DNA of 64,000 nucleotides from Vitrella brassicaformis CCMP3155 (taxonomy: Eukaryota > Protista > Chromerida): NCBI GenBank assembly GCA_001179505.1, contig CDMY01000499.1, forward strand, positions 1 to 64,000. The letters run 5' to 3'. Made by a program: the position numbers and the translations under genes. Shown piece after piece: positions 33,314 to 46,406 of the stretch. The notes beneath the pieces were generated by a model. It did not search any database. It was not told where the DNA came from and saw only the letters and a list, made by a program, of their open reading frames with translations. Numbering within the stretch: the stretch's first letter is position 1; every line of letters starts with the position of its first letter.

Positions 33314-36300
33314 TCAATCACTCTTGGTGACTTTTGTCGATTCCTTTGGCCTGTTTGTCGCGGTATGCCTTCTGTTCCTCCCGGAATCTTTCTTCGTCGT
33401 GGATATAGCTGTCGATGGCGCCTGTTAGAGCAGCCTGTAGGTAATGGCAATACAGAGTGTTATACACAGAGAGCATCATTGGCTTTCATACTTGAAGCTC
33501 TTCCAGAGTAAGGCCGTCGTTTGCGGAGTCTGTCATTGTCCAGTTGCTTTCTGTCTCGTCTCTTGCACCCTCTCCGTTGGTAGCGGGACTCTGTATAGTG
33601 TCTGCTGCCTCAGCAGCTGCTGCCTCAGCAGCTGCTGCCTTCTCCTGCACTCACATATGCACACAGAAGTCACAGTAGTCTTCTCAGCGACATCGTCTGC
33701 TAAGTGCACTTTCCTGATGCCATCTGAAGGCGGCATCCAAGAGAAGTCCTGTGAGGTCCCATGGGATCTGCTCCTGAAGGAGCTGCACCTTCTCCATTGT
33801 CTCCTCTAAGACAGTGTAAAGGAAGAATGAAAAAGGGAAAGAAGCAATCGATTCGTTCGCTGCACCTTGTGCGGCAAGAATAAAGCTGAGACATCTCAGT
33901 TGTTCCGGATGGGGCATGCCGATGCTCCTTGGTTTCTTGACGATGTGAAGTGTTGAGTCCTCGGTACTGAGGGCGAAACGAAGCTTCTCCTTCAGCTTTC
34001 GTGTCTCCTTCTGCTTCCTCGCGAACGCGGCGATGGGGCCCTTTCGACTTGTCGCAAGCTCATCGATAAAGTTGTCGATCAAGAGAAGGAGTAGCCAAAG
34101 GAAGAAGAGAACATTGAAGATGAGCACAGCTGAGAGGACGAGCATGCGCAGTACGGACCGCCACATCCCTTTTCCGTCTTCGGGCAGCCCTTGTTCGTCT
34201 CTGCCAAGGAAGACGAAATGGACAAGGAGGACGGAGGTCATCCAAGTCGCCAGACCCAGAGACTCCACACGATTGAGAATATTCTGAAAGGCAAGATACT
34301 GTTTGGTGCTTCACACCTAGAGTGGATGCATACCAGCCTTCTGAAGTCGAATGGTTGACAGTATAGCTGGAGGATGAGGAAGAGGAGTGCCAGGACTCCC
34401 CAAGTCCGCAGCTGGAATTCCGTGTGACCGATGGCCAGCTGTGCTGTCGCTATCACTGCGATACGACGCACTGCGAATATCGAGTCCCAGAAGAAGTATC
34501 GTCGCCTATACCCTGCAGCACACCCAGCCTATCGTTGGGGAAGCTATCATTTAGCGACGCACCTTGGTAGAGGAAGCCGTAGCGACTCCTCATGTGCGGT
34601 TCGCTCAGTCGGCCGCGACGTTGACAGAGGAATATGACAGCCGCAATAATTGGTGCAATCCACCAAAGCAGGAAACCGCAAATGCCGATGACAAACCTGC
34701 ATACGAGGAGTGTCAGGACTTGTTAAGTTACAGCTCGTCTCATCGCGACGAAACCACCTACCACGGTAGATGACGAGGCTCGGCACAGAAGTAGTCCGGG
34801 TAAGGCAGCCACCGATATGCACTCGGGTAGGGAAGCCCATGTGGATTGAAGTAGTGGCATTGTAGAAGTTGCAGCAGGCTCTTGGTTGCCGCTGACGAAA
34901 TTATCAGCACATTAAAACGTGGAATATCTTCAGCTATTCAGCTTACTTCGGTGGAGAAAAGTGAGGCAAATAATCCAGAGCGGGATGGAGTCGCTGATGA
35001 ATGCCTTCCACGAGTCTGAGGTCCAGCTGACTGGAATCTTGCTCCAGCGCAACCTCGGTCGATGGAACATGCCGAAAAACACGAGGGGGTCATCTGCCGC
35101 CTGGAAGATACACACAAAGACACCTGCAAGAGCGTATTCTCTGTACGTACACACCTTGACCGGGGACTGGTCCTGACTCGAAGAAGCTTCTTCTTCTTCT
35201 TCTTCTTCTTCTTCAGCGGGCGATCCTCTTTCAGCTGTAGCTCCAGGCGAAAGGTCCGACGCTGTCTTGTCATCTGGACGGGGGTGTGCCGTTGAAGCTA
35301 GGCGCTTCTTGCATTCGCTGGCCACCGTCTTCACAGCGATTTCAACGACACCTGCTACCACAGCTGCAAGGAATATGACGGAAGCTAGGACGAGACAAAT
35401 CAGGGCCACCCCTGAATGACAGAAAAGGACAGAAAAGAACATTTGTGATTGACACTTCTGCAACGAGAGAACCCAGGGCAAACCAAGGAAGAACAATTTC
35501 CACATCTCTCCCGGCAGTACCTCGACACCACCCAAGGCATCAGTGAAGACCCAATCGATCAGATACATACCAAGCCCACCCAGAAAAGCCGATGTCGCAC
35601 GTACGACGTCGGATTTCGTAATTTCCTGCCGACGAATGCCTCTTTGAGTCAAGAGAACGCCGAACAAGGCTGCATGCCATAATAAGAAAACGTCTGTATG
35701 TGCACTTAGTGCACGAGCCTTTGGCCACTCAGCGCACCTGTGAGAGTGACTAGGAAAAACCAAATAAGGGGTTGCACTATCCATGAGACAGACATGAAGG
35801 CGCCGGACATACCGTGAAAAGTGGGCTCAATGACGCAGCCCCAGCGGGCGGCTGACATGAAAAACATGTAAATCATGATGCAGACAAGCACAGGGGATCC
35901 TGTCATTATACATATCTAGGCCTCTTGTCTCTCTTTGCTCACCCGGCAGACCGCCGTCGACCGTGTCAAACAACCCTTGGATGGTTGACCACGTCTTTTT
36001 CACCAGTTGGTCTTGGCTCTTCGAAAAGGCGAGAACTCCCAAGCAACTCGTCTGCAGCCACCAAGTACTCACGATACTTAATGTGTCATACAAGATGCTC
36101 ACCGCTGTGAAATGTGTAAAGCCGATCTTCACAAGCATAGAGTGTACAGGGCGACCTTCTGTGGGCCTGTAGAGGGCGTTCACAGAAGGAACGAATCAAA
36201 GACGTTTCGTTGTGTTCTTGTGTATTACCGCTGGGATAGATATGTAGTCAGGAAAATCATGCCGATACTGAAGCCTATCAAGAGTACTTCGGCGCTGGCG

Positions 36301-39300
36301 CTTGCTGCTAGCGGCAAGCATTTCGTGCAGGGGCTGCTGGCACTTGATCGTGTCCATCCTTTATCACACACTCCACACATAAAGCTGCCGTCTCGATACC
36401 CACTCTGAGACGACAGCCATATTCAGGCAAAAGGATGCAGTTCAACTTGCAGTTCGAGTTGGTGTGCCGTCTGTGTGTGAGTCAGGTGTGTGTGTAAACT
36501 TGCATCCTCAAAGAGGCATTTGACGACTGCAGGTAACTCAGTTTTGCCAGCTTCGTATCTGAGCTCAAGACAAGGTTGCAGCATAGCCTCTACCTCGTGT
36601 TCCACTTCCTACGTGTTCCACTCCTTCCTTCCGTCGGCATCCTCGGTGCAGGCCTGAAGGCACATAAGGCCATCAACCATCAAATAAAGCGCTATGTGGC
36701 TGGACCAATTCCTCTGCCAACCATTCGAATCCCGTCGATTATGCAGTCGTCGTTTTTGCAGGCACCGGCGGTTTTGAATACCATCTGCTGCTCTCAAGTG
36801 AATCAATGAGAGACTTGACCTGCTGGTTTCTTCCGCTTCGCCGTGTCGGGCCGCCAGATGTGTTGCACTCTCTCGTCCTTCCCTGTACAGGTAATAGCCC
36901 TTGTCGACTTTCACATCGGCAGGATGCCTCACAGGACTCGAGCAATCCAGGCCAGGGATGACATCGCACGGCTCACAAGTGGGGCTCCTCTGGTTGTCTT
37001 TGGGCCGCCTCCTGCAAACACCACGCCCAAAGACGCTAATTAAAAGGGTCAAAAAGCTGTCCTGCATCCCCGCTGGCGTCCGTATTTACTTGATGTACTT
37101 CTCGTTGCAGTAACATTCCTCCTGAGACGTGGCGTTTTCCGGCGAACTAAACTGCTCTCCGCACTTCTCACACTGCTTGGACCCTCCGCCTCCATATTCG
37201 CCTGCAGAAGAGCAGAATCAAGAAGGAATGCTGCATCGTGAGAGAATGCTGTCTTGGCACCTTTACGGCATGGATTGCATTTGCTGGCGTCCCTTTCGTT
37301 CGGGAAATAACCAGCCTTGCATTCACATTCGGTCTGGTCAGAATTTGCTTCTGCAAACAGCAACAAAGCGAATCGTTCTTTTTTTGTTTCCATCTCAATA
37401 GACTCATTGGTTGCTCACGTGCCCCCTGTCCACAAAGAATGCACTTCTCGGTGCCCACAGAGTAATTGGAATGCTTCTGTGGAGGGCACCTCTCGCAAAC
37501 AGGGCATTCTTCGCAAGGCGGCTCCACATTTGTATCTCTTCGTATTTCGAATCCCGGCAAACAGCGGCATAGTCTTTCGCTGTCACTTTGCCAGTCCACC
37601 TGAACGCAACGGAAAAAGAAATAAAGGAAACTAGGCGTTATGCAATTATCGACCTGAACGACGTGAATCGTCGTACACAGCGTGGTGCAGCTGAAGTTGC
37701 CTAGCGGCACACAGTTCTTGTCCGTTGAGCATTCGTAGCTGCAGCTCGTCGGGGCGCAATAATCTTTCTCACAAACAGACACACACACACACACACGCAC
37801 GCACGCACGCAGGCACGCAGGCAGGCAGGCAGAGAGAGAGAGAGCAATTATTGAGAGAGAGAGAGAGAGACGCGAATTTCAGTGGATAAAAAGGGATGGT
37901 ACTAGATTCGCTGGGATTTGGAACGAGGACAGGCTTGGACCTTTCTCTCGCGCTGTAGTCAAGAGCGTCACGACAATCCTGCAACCAACGATGCCAGGAA
38001 TGTGAGTGCATGCAGCAGATGCGTTTTCTAGTATCTGCACCCACCGGATTCTTAATTCGATTGCCCTCAGCGTCAAACACTGGGGTCCCAATTAAGGACC
38101 CAAGGGTCAGCGCATTTCGCCGGAAGTCAACTGATGGTAAAGTCCACCAAGTAAGCTTCGCCTCAGCTGTAGGCTTATCGGGACAATTCATAAGTGCATT
38201 CTCTCCTTTGTCCTCAACGCTTAACACTATACTCAGGCCGCTGTTGAAAAAATTAGCTGACTGAAGAGACGGTGGAGGGACTGCAGGGCCGTAATAACTG
38301 CCAATCCCAAATATGGAATTGTGCGAGAGGCTAAGAAAGCGAAGCGCAGTAAAACCTCGGCTCCGCTCTACGGTCTGCATTAAACGGTGTAATCTCTGCG
38401 GTGTGAGTCACTATTCTTACCGTAATGCTTGACAATTCGCGAAGGCGTGATGTCAACTCCGCAGCGTAAGGGCCTGCTCTCTCCTAAAGGCACAAGCACA
38501 GAATTTTTCGCAGCCATTTCTGCGATCATACCTACGTACTCTCACATTGAGATTGAAAGGTATCTCGTTGCGGATGAGGGTGGCACGAGCCATTATTTTG
38601 TCGAAGTCGTAGATGACAAAGGCCCCACAATCTAGGGATCCCCACAGCCCACAGTTTGCACACGTAAGAGAGACTAAACTGCAAGTGACGACATGCCATA
38701 ACAAGCAAATCAACCGCCCATTGAAACATCAAAGTGTTCTAACTTTGGCAGAGTCTTCAATGAGTGAAGGAAATGACTCACATAAGGCCACAGTGGTCGG
38801 GAGCTCAATGACGCCTTGGCTGACATCATTGACGCATCGAGCTCTCGCAACTTTGGCCAAAAAGGCGGAACTTCTTCGTAACGGGCTAGCTCGCCGACAA
38901 TGTAGGAATCGTCTGTGCAGAAGTCGAATACAACCCCAAATTGCTCATCAGGACTTATTGGTTCTGGGGACTTTGTGGCTCACCGAAGGGTACGTCGTCA
39001 CAGATCCGTCCCGAATCGGGTGTCATGCCCCACTCTGTCCAGTTTATGACGGCGTTTTTGCTGATGTTGAGAATTTCTACCGGTTCAAGTCGGTGCCAGC
39101 TCCAAGGAATCTTGTCGATCATGTTATTTGACACATCCAACACCCGCAGGCCGCAGAAAAAAGAGGTGTGCTGAGGAACCCCGCTGAGAATCCCGTCACG
39201 CACCTCACCTCTTCGGCATGGCTCCTCTAAAGCCCGTGATTTTGTTATCTTCGAGCCGCAGGTGGGTCAGTGAAGTTAAACGATCGAAGGACGGCAGAAT

Positions 39301-42300
39301 CCCGCTCAGATTCGAGTGACTAATGTCCATGACTCTAAGCCGTCTCCAGGGGAAATGAGATGGTAAACCGCGGAGGCTGCACCATGGATGAGAGAGTCTC
39401 CCCGGGTCACGGTGTTTCTCACATCCAGCAAATCGTACTTTGTGTTTCTTGCATACAGCCACGTCAGGTGATCAAAGGTGGTGAAGGCCTCAGGAACCTG
39501 ACCCTCAAACTGAGACAGATAGTGATCATTCAATCCTGAGGCCGCCGTTTCTTGTAAAGAAAGAAAGCTCACACGATCAGTTCTCACTTGTGAGTAAGAA
39601 ATGTCAAGGTATTGAAGCCGCCGAAGACTTGACAAAGAGGAAAGGTTGCCGCGGAAGGCATTTTTCTCCAAATTCAAAAACTCGAGGTTGCCCAACTTCG
39701 AAAGGCTGCTTGGTAAGGGCCATGACATGCCCAAGTGAGATAGGTCCAGTTCTCGAAGCTTCATCAGCTTGCCGAGAGCCCGATCAGCCAAGTCTAAGTT
39801 GATCACGCCAGGGCTCCTTGTCGCATTTCCAATCATCAGTGACCGCAAAGCAGTCACATTCTCTAAGGTTTCGGCTACGAACCCATCCAGCGGGATAATG
39901 TGATATCAAAACATGTTGGGACATCAAAAGTGCTTGACTGCTCACATTGTTCTGGTGCAAGTGGAGGTGAGTGAGGTAAGGCATGCAGACTCCCATGGTC
40001 ACTGTCCCTGTCAGGTGGGCGCCTATTCGAAGCACACACATGACGCTTCAAATACGAAGACGAAGCAATCCTATTGCAAATCACTTTACCGCTTAAATCA
40101 AGAACCCGAAGCTTCTGGAGGCTACCTGTGGAGTGAGGAACGGAGCCACTGAGCCATGCTCGATGCAGGACTAGGAACTTCAGCTTCTCAAGCGAGCCTA
40201 TTTGTTCCGGCAGAATGTGGCAGGGCTGCCAGAGAATGTGACGGGGCTCATAAGGGTCACTACTCTCAATCATCCCGAAGGTTTGTAAGTTCTGGCATGA
40301 TAGTATGCTCGTTGTGACGAGCAAAGGGTTCTGTTGCACTTCTTCTCGCGCATCTTGCAGCAAGGTCGAAGCGGGCTCTAGCCAAAGGGTTTTGAGTGCA
40401 TCGAGCCCCCCAAAGCATGCCGAAGAATTCGAAAAAAGACATGCGGGAAACTTGAGGTTACTCCGAATAATGATCAAAGGTGCTCCAGGGCAGGAAGTTG
40501 GAAGAGCTCGTAGGGGATGGAGCCACGAAAATATGCAGAGCCAGGGTCAAGGTATAGCGCGCGCAGACGGGTCAGATTGCCGATTGAGCGAGGGAGGTTG
40601 CTGATTGATGAGGAAACGATCTAAAACGGACAGAAAGTGGGAGATAGATATCGGCCAAAGGCCCTCCCGAAGAGAGGCAGTGAGGTCAGATAACCTGCTT
40701 ACCCTGTCGATAACCAAGAGACGCAGTGAGGTCAGATTCTGGAGTCCTTCGTCACTGAGATGTACTTTGATTGGTACGTCAGCAAGCACGAGCCCCAACA
40801 TGCCTTGAAGGTGGTGCAGGGAAGGCATCCGCGTGTTGTCAGTTACTGACGCTTTCCAGGCAGGAACGTGAGACCGATTCGCTTCATGAAGCCCACCATT
40901 GAGAAACACCACATAGCCGTCCTCTGACTCGTCGTCGTCGTGGCGGACACATATGACAAAAGACGCTGCACAGATACCAGTCTCTACCTGGGCTTCCCTC
41001 ACAGCTGGGTCCTCATATTTCCAGAGTCCTAGCTGAATGGCGAAGTTCTTCAGAGCTTGGGCGTCTCTCCGGCACACTTGGCAATCAGATTCAGAAAGCT
41101 CAGTAAGGCGGTCGAGCGGCAAAACGTTGGCACCAATCAGCCAGGCTTCAGTGCCAGGGCCGAGATGAGGCATACTCGCAAGCTCGTGCTCCGCGCGGAA
41201 GAAGGCCGACGCTTGCAGGAGCTCATACTTTGCCAGTATCTTCCATCGCTTTCCCACCGGAGGAGGTAGACGAGGCTGCCGGGCTGGATACCAGAACTGA
41301 ACAGGGCCCTCCGTGTGATATGGCATTTCTTTATTAACAACGCCGAAGCCTCTCCAGGGAGAGGAGATGCAGTCGAAATCTGTATTGTGCGCAAGGAGGC
41401 ACTTATTTCATTCGAACAACCCAAGCTTGGCTACCTGATGAAGGTATCAGCGTGGTTGGTGCGTCTACGCGAAAGGCAGGGTCCCCTCTCTGCACCACAT
41501 CCAGAGTGGTGCTGGCGTCTACATGCAAGAGAACAGGAGACATCACGTCAACGAAGAGTCCAAGATTCTACTTGTGGTTGATGGATAAGCCACAAGCATT
41601 AAGCTCTTGTCCTTAACGGACAAGCCAGGCCATTTTGTCGACACGCTTCTGTTGTATGTGACATTCCTAGAAGCTCCAGAGGGGTTCGGAGAGAGACATG
41701 CATAGTCGCACCCGAGAGTACCGCTGTCGTCTGCATTCACCGAGAAACAAATCTCGCTGCCGTCGTAGACAACAAGCACGGCTTTGCCATTGGCTGTCCC
41801 GAACGCCGTATGGCCGACTGTCAGCTCCACATCTTGCGCGGAACACTCGTCCCACTCATAGCAGTCAGCGCCCCAGCAGATGGAGTGATGATGACACTCA
41901 TGAAAATGCCCATAGATATGAATAGGATTATCGGCGTCCGCATCTGCCGCTGGCGCTATTGGAGTCGGACAAAATGCTCCGTGAGGCCTCTTCATCCTCA
42001 GGACCGGCAACGGAATTGACGAATTGAACCAGCGCAGCGTCCAGCTTGTTTCCTGTAGGGCTTCGTAGATCTGATATAGCTCTGGCGTTGAGCACTTGCT
42101 ATCGTTGAAGAGCTGGTAGCCCTCATCACACGAGCACTCAAAGCTGCCGACTGTGTTGTTGCAAGTGTGTTCGCATCCACCATTGTTGGTCTCGCACTCG
42201 TCGATGTCTGGACCAAAGCAATATGTGACATCAAACAGTTGCATACATTTGATTTATTCTCTTACCTTTGCAGTCCTCTCCGTCAGGTTCAAAGCCATCC

Positions 42301-44384
42301 TGACATATACACTCATAGCCACCGGCCGTATTCTTGCATGTGGCATTTTTGTTGCAGGCTGCAGTTCCCTCCGCACACTCGTCGATATCTGAAAAAGCGA
42401 ACTTTGTTCTTGTCAGATCCTTTTTGTCACATACCCCAGCACAATTTGTCAGAGATCGAAATTCGATATCCGTCATAACAGGAGCACACGTGAGATCCTA
42501 CAGTGTTATTGCACACTTGCGAACATCCTCCATTTTCGGTTGCACACTCGTCAATGTCTGTATGAGAGACAAGGCCAACCACGAGAACTACTGAAGCCTT
42601 TCATGCTGATTCTCTCAGGTGTTTTTTCTTGCTGCACCTTGGCACTCTGGACAGCCAGTGAAGTTCCCTCGTGTGGTGCATAGAAGGTCGTTGCGGACCA
42701 CCTGAAACCCCTCCTTGCAAATCACTCGACATCCTGGGCTAGAAGTGGACCTCGCCAACGGACAAACACTTGAAGCATCTGGCACTTGGGGAGGGGAGGC
42801 ACAGGTGACGTCTGCATATGAGAAACATGAGTCGAACACTTGGACTAGGGTACTTGGACTAGGCGTACCTTCAGTAGGAGGAGGGATAGGCCAGTTCCCC
42901 AGCAACCAGACCCAGTGCCTCGCTTCCCAGCCAGCCTGTTGCAATCGACTAATTGCCACCACCGCCTCCTCTCCGCTTGCATTATCGAGGTGACTCACTG
43001 CCACATCGGACCCAAAGGGTATGAACGGTACTGGGAGCCTCCAGAGTTCTTTCGCTTCCTGTATGACGCCGTTCTTCGGACTTTCCACTCGAAATACGTA
43101 AGCGTATCGCTGGTAATCGTCGCCAACAACAACGAGGACATACTTTCCGTCGAACGCCAATCTGATTTCTCCACTGGGTCCATCTGAAGGACTCAGCTTA
43201 GCGAAGGGATGACTCAAGTCGACAGCAGCGCTATTGGTCCGCACCACTTCACCCAAATCGTACAGCAGAACACATGAGAGAGCCTGGCGGCCATAGTTGA
43301 TGCCCACTGCAGCGATTGTGCCTTTGAGAGCAACGGCCTCGATTTTGGCGTCGTCCGTAGGCAGCCTCAATCTTGCAATCTCGAAGACGTCGACAAAGTT
43401 AATTTCATTGGCTGACACGTCGGATACGCTGAAGACATATAGCTCTTTATCGGACCAATCGGCATCCGTCCCTGCCACGAGGACGATGTCTCCTTCGAGG
43501 GCCAGGCCAATCCCCAAATATCCATCTCGCAGTCGATCTCGAAGTCGCAATCGAGCGATTCTTCTACTTGTCTTCGCGATGGGGTCATATCCGAACACGT
43601 AAACTGAAAACAGTAAAAGAAATGAGCACGGAACTAATAACACCTTCGTGTCTGTAAGGCACCTGCTCCGACTCCAATGATTGCCCCGCCGTAACCAATA
43701 CGAAAAACATCCGATGCTGCAATACGGTGAAAAACATCATCAACCACCGTGGTCCGCCCAAAACTCTGAAAGACCCCTCTCGGCTCTTCAATAGTAATAT
43801 CTGGGTTGAGCACGAGGGGGCTCTCGGGCTTGGAAGGAAGGGAAGGTATGTTCAAGAATACGAAGAGCCACTTCCTTGGTTGTTGAACGGAGCCACCTTT
43901 TCCAGCGACGACAACTGTCCGATTCATCACTGACACACAGTATGGGGTGATGGAGAGGTTGAACGGCGGCTGGAGCTGTGCGAACTCGTGTAATTCAACC
44001 GGCTGTTCTGCAGACGATGACTGCCTTGTATCGGTCATCCTCCAGTCGAAAACATGGAAACCGTCACTTATGAGAGCCCCATCGACAGCGACATATGGGG
44101 TATAGCCTTCATCTGTCGCTGTCGACGGGGATAGCCTCGCAAGCACAGGACCTGTCTTCTCTGTCTCGGGCTCCGTCTGGAGACCTCGCGCAGGAATGTT
44201 ACGGGAGGACTCTGAGGACGCATCGTACTGTGGGCGCGGGGCAAACAGGCCTACACGCAGAAAGTACCTCCGGACACCCTTCATCCTTCTTTGTCTCCGG
44301 CTCACCCTCGTTGCGCCCACTGGCGCAAAATATGAACCAAAATATCCACCACACGGGAATGATTATCCACGAGGGCAGGTGCAT
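33314..44384 (-). CDS. Gene C: giant receptor-like protein (signal peptide, propeller-like blades, Sushi, 3 cbEGF, ~10+ LRR, Cys-rich repeats, multi-TM domain with YGFLY motif, tail); probable lesions
   Basis: [23 protein letters not shown]; [19 protein letters not shown]; DIDEC x3; LxxLxLxxNxLxGxIP LRRs; [13 protein letters not shown]; [22 protein letters not shown]; RYGFLYQGY...[14 protein letters not shown]; several TM exons. Confidence 0.85.
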
Positions 44385-44450
44385 ACCGAGAGGCAGCTCA
44401 GCCGATCCAAAGGACGCCGTGGGGGGCGTGAAAGCCAATTCCTGTGCACT

Positions 44451-45844
44451 ATGGCGCAGGCGATCTCGCGTTTCGTCGTTTTAGCACTGGTTGCGTGCGT
44501 GGTGAGTGCGGCTGTCGCGCCACCGGCCTTCGTCTCGTCCCCTCCCCTGGGTCAAGTGGCGCCATCGGCAACAAGCCGCGTGCGGATGAGCGCAGTGAAG
44601 AACCGGTCCTCGGGAAAGATACCTGCTCCCTCTGACAAGGTGATCACATGCTCACGTGCATCATGCATGTTGCCAGCACCATGCAGCTGTCTGTCTTTCA
44701 AGCAGACACACACACACACACACAACCGAGTGTCATGTTGATGTCCTGGGATGAATGTCACGCAGGTCGAGTCGGCTCCCCTGGGGAGAGTGGACCTTCC
44801 TGACACGTTGCTGGAGTTTCTGGGGTTTGCCATCAACGGCGACAGACAACACCACATACCGGGCAGGTGGTGCATAACAACATCTGTCTTCATTCACGCA
44901 CTTTACACATGTGTTGTATGTGTTGTCTGTAATGGTGGTATGTGTTTGGTGGGCTGTGACTACTCCACATCTCGGTCAGATTTCCGCGCGGGGGGCGTTC
45001 AGGCCAAGAGACCTCCAACGGACACATCTTGTGGCCGATGGTACGCACCATACAGACAGACATAATATGCATCTGTGTATACGCTCCGCGCACGTGTGTG
45101 TGTGATTGTTGGTGTCGGCATGACGCGTCCATCCATCCATCCATTCATCCATCAGCTGTATGAGTTGATCCGTCAGACGGACTGGCGTGTGAAGGCCTGG
45201 TGTGTGGACGGCCCAGACGAGAAGCACGACAACTGCTTCCTCTACATCATCCAGAAAGACGGAACCGGCAAACTCCCGACCACAGGGTGAGTGGGTGAGT
45301 GAGTACCTATTCTCTATGGGTGCCGTGTGTGTGTGTGAGACGAATTCATACACATGTGTGAATGTGTGCACACAGTGATGGGACGCAGTTCGCACTGATG
45401 GTTGGCGAAAATACCTCCGACAAGGCGCTCGACGACCTCAAGTGGCTCATGCGCAAGGAAGGCATCATGCAGGTACGAACCAACCGCACACACTCGCGGA
45501 ATGGATGGAAGAATCAACAGGCGGTGTTCATTCGTATGCGCACGTGTGTGTATCTATCGTGTGCGCAGTGCATGTATGCGGCGCGCGGCCACATCTGGAT
45601 TCCCATGTACTTGGACAGTGAGACTGACCAGCTGATGCCCATCCGATATGAGGGGATCGCCCTGACCGCAAACGAGGGGGAGGGCCCTCAGGCGATCATC
45701 AACTACATCGTCGACCGATTAAACTGCCCGAACAAGAAGGAGGACGACGGGTATCCGGGGCTGTTCAACGAGACGCCTGAGCTGCACAAGGCTATGGAGC
45801 GGCCCCTTCCTCCCATTCGCTTGTACCCTTCCAGAGAGATATAG
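44451..45844 (+). CDS. Hypothetical protein with bipartite plastid-targeting leader; orphan family member
   Basis: MAQAISRFVVLALVACVVSA|AVAPPAFVSSPP leader. Exons VESAPLGRVDLP.., ILWPM|LYELIRQTDWRV.., DGTQFALM.., CMYAARGHIWIPMYLD...SREI*. Confidence 0.8.
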
Positions 45845-46091
45845 TTAGCTAGCTACCTGGGCTCTGTCTAGCTTACCTGCCTGGCGGGCTGGGCTGGCTT
45901 CCTTCATCCTACTTGCCTGTCTGCCTTTTTTTGTTTGGTTGGGGCCTTTGTGGTGTAGGTCTGTTTGAGTACTCGAGAGAGTCTCTGTGTGCATATCTGC
46001 TGTCTGAGTACGTAAGTGCAGTCGGGACTGGCTGAATGGAGCGGGCGGGTGAGTGGGGCAGGCAGCCAGGCATGTTGAATCTCACGAATTC
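45268..46091 (+). repeat. Direct repeat partner of 31656-32492
   Basis: Similarity starts at gcaaactcccgaccacaggg and ends at ctcacgaattc in both copies. Confidence 0.93.
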
Positions 46092-46406
46092 GCTTGGGGA
46101 GAAGGAAGGAGAATGCATTCGTTTGACACACAGAGCCAGTCATACGAATCATGGCTTTAGGCAAGCTTTGCAGATCTTTCGTAAGAAGTTCCATCCTTTC
46201 CCTGTACGCTTCTCAGCACACAGCAGACCCCCACACCTCACATACGCGGCACACACAAGCCACAGAAACGACATTTTCCCTCTCCGTGAGTGATGAGTGC
46301 AGCTTCGGGCTGGGCTCATTTCTGTGCCTGGCAGGTCGTGCTGAAGAGGCGAAGGCGACAAGGGGTTTCAGGCTTCTCGGCGCGAGCCTTTGAGCCTCGA
46401 AGGGAG

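Noticed and set aside
45169-45700. TIR-domain resemblance of the plastid orphan family (ALDDLKWLM, IWIPMYLD)
   Set aside because: Not conserved in the 55409 paralog, the catalytic Glu is absent, and the strand pattern does not fit.
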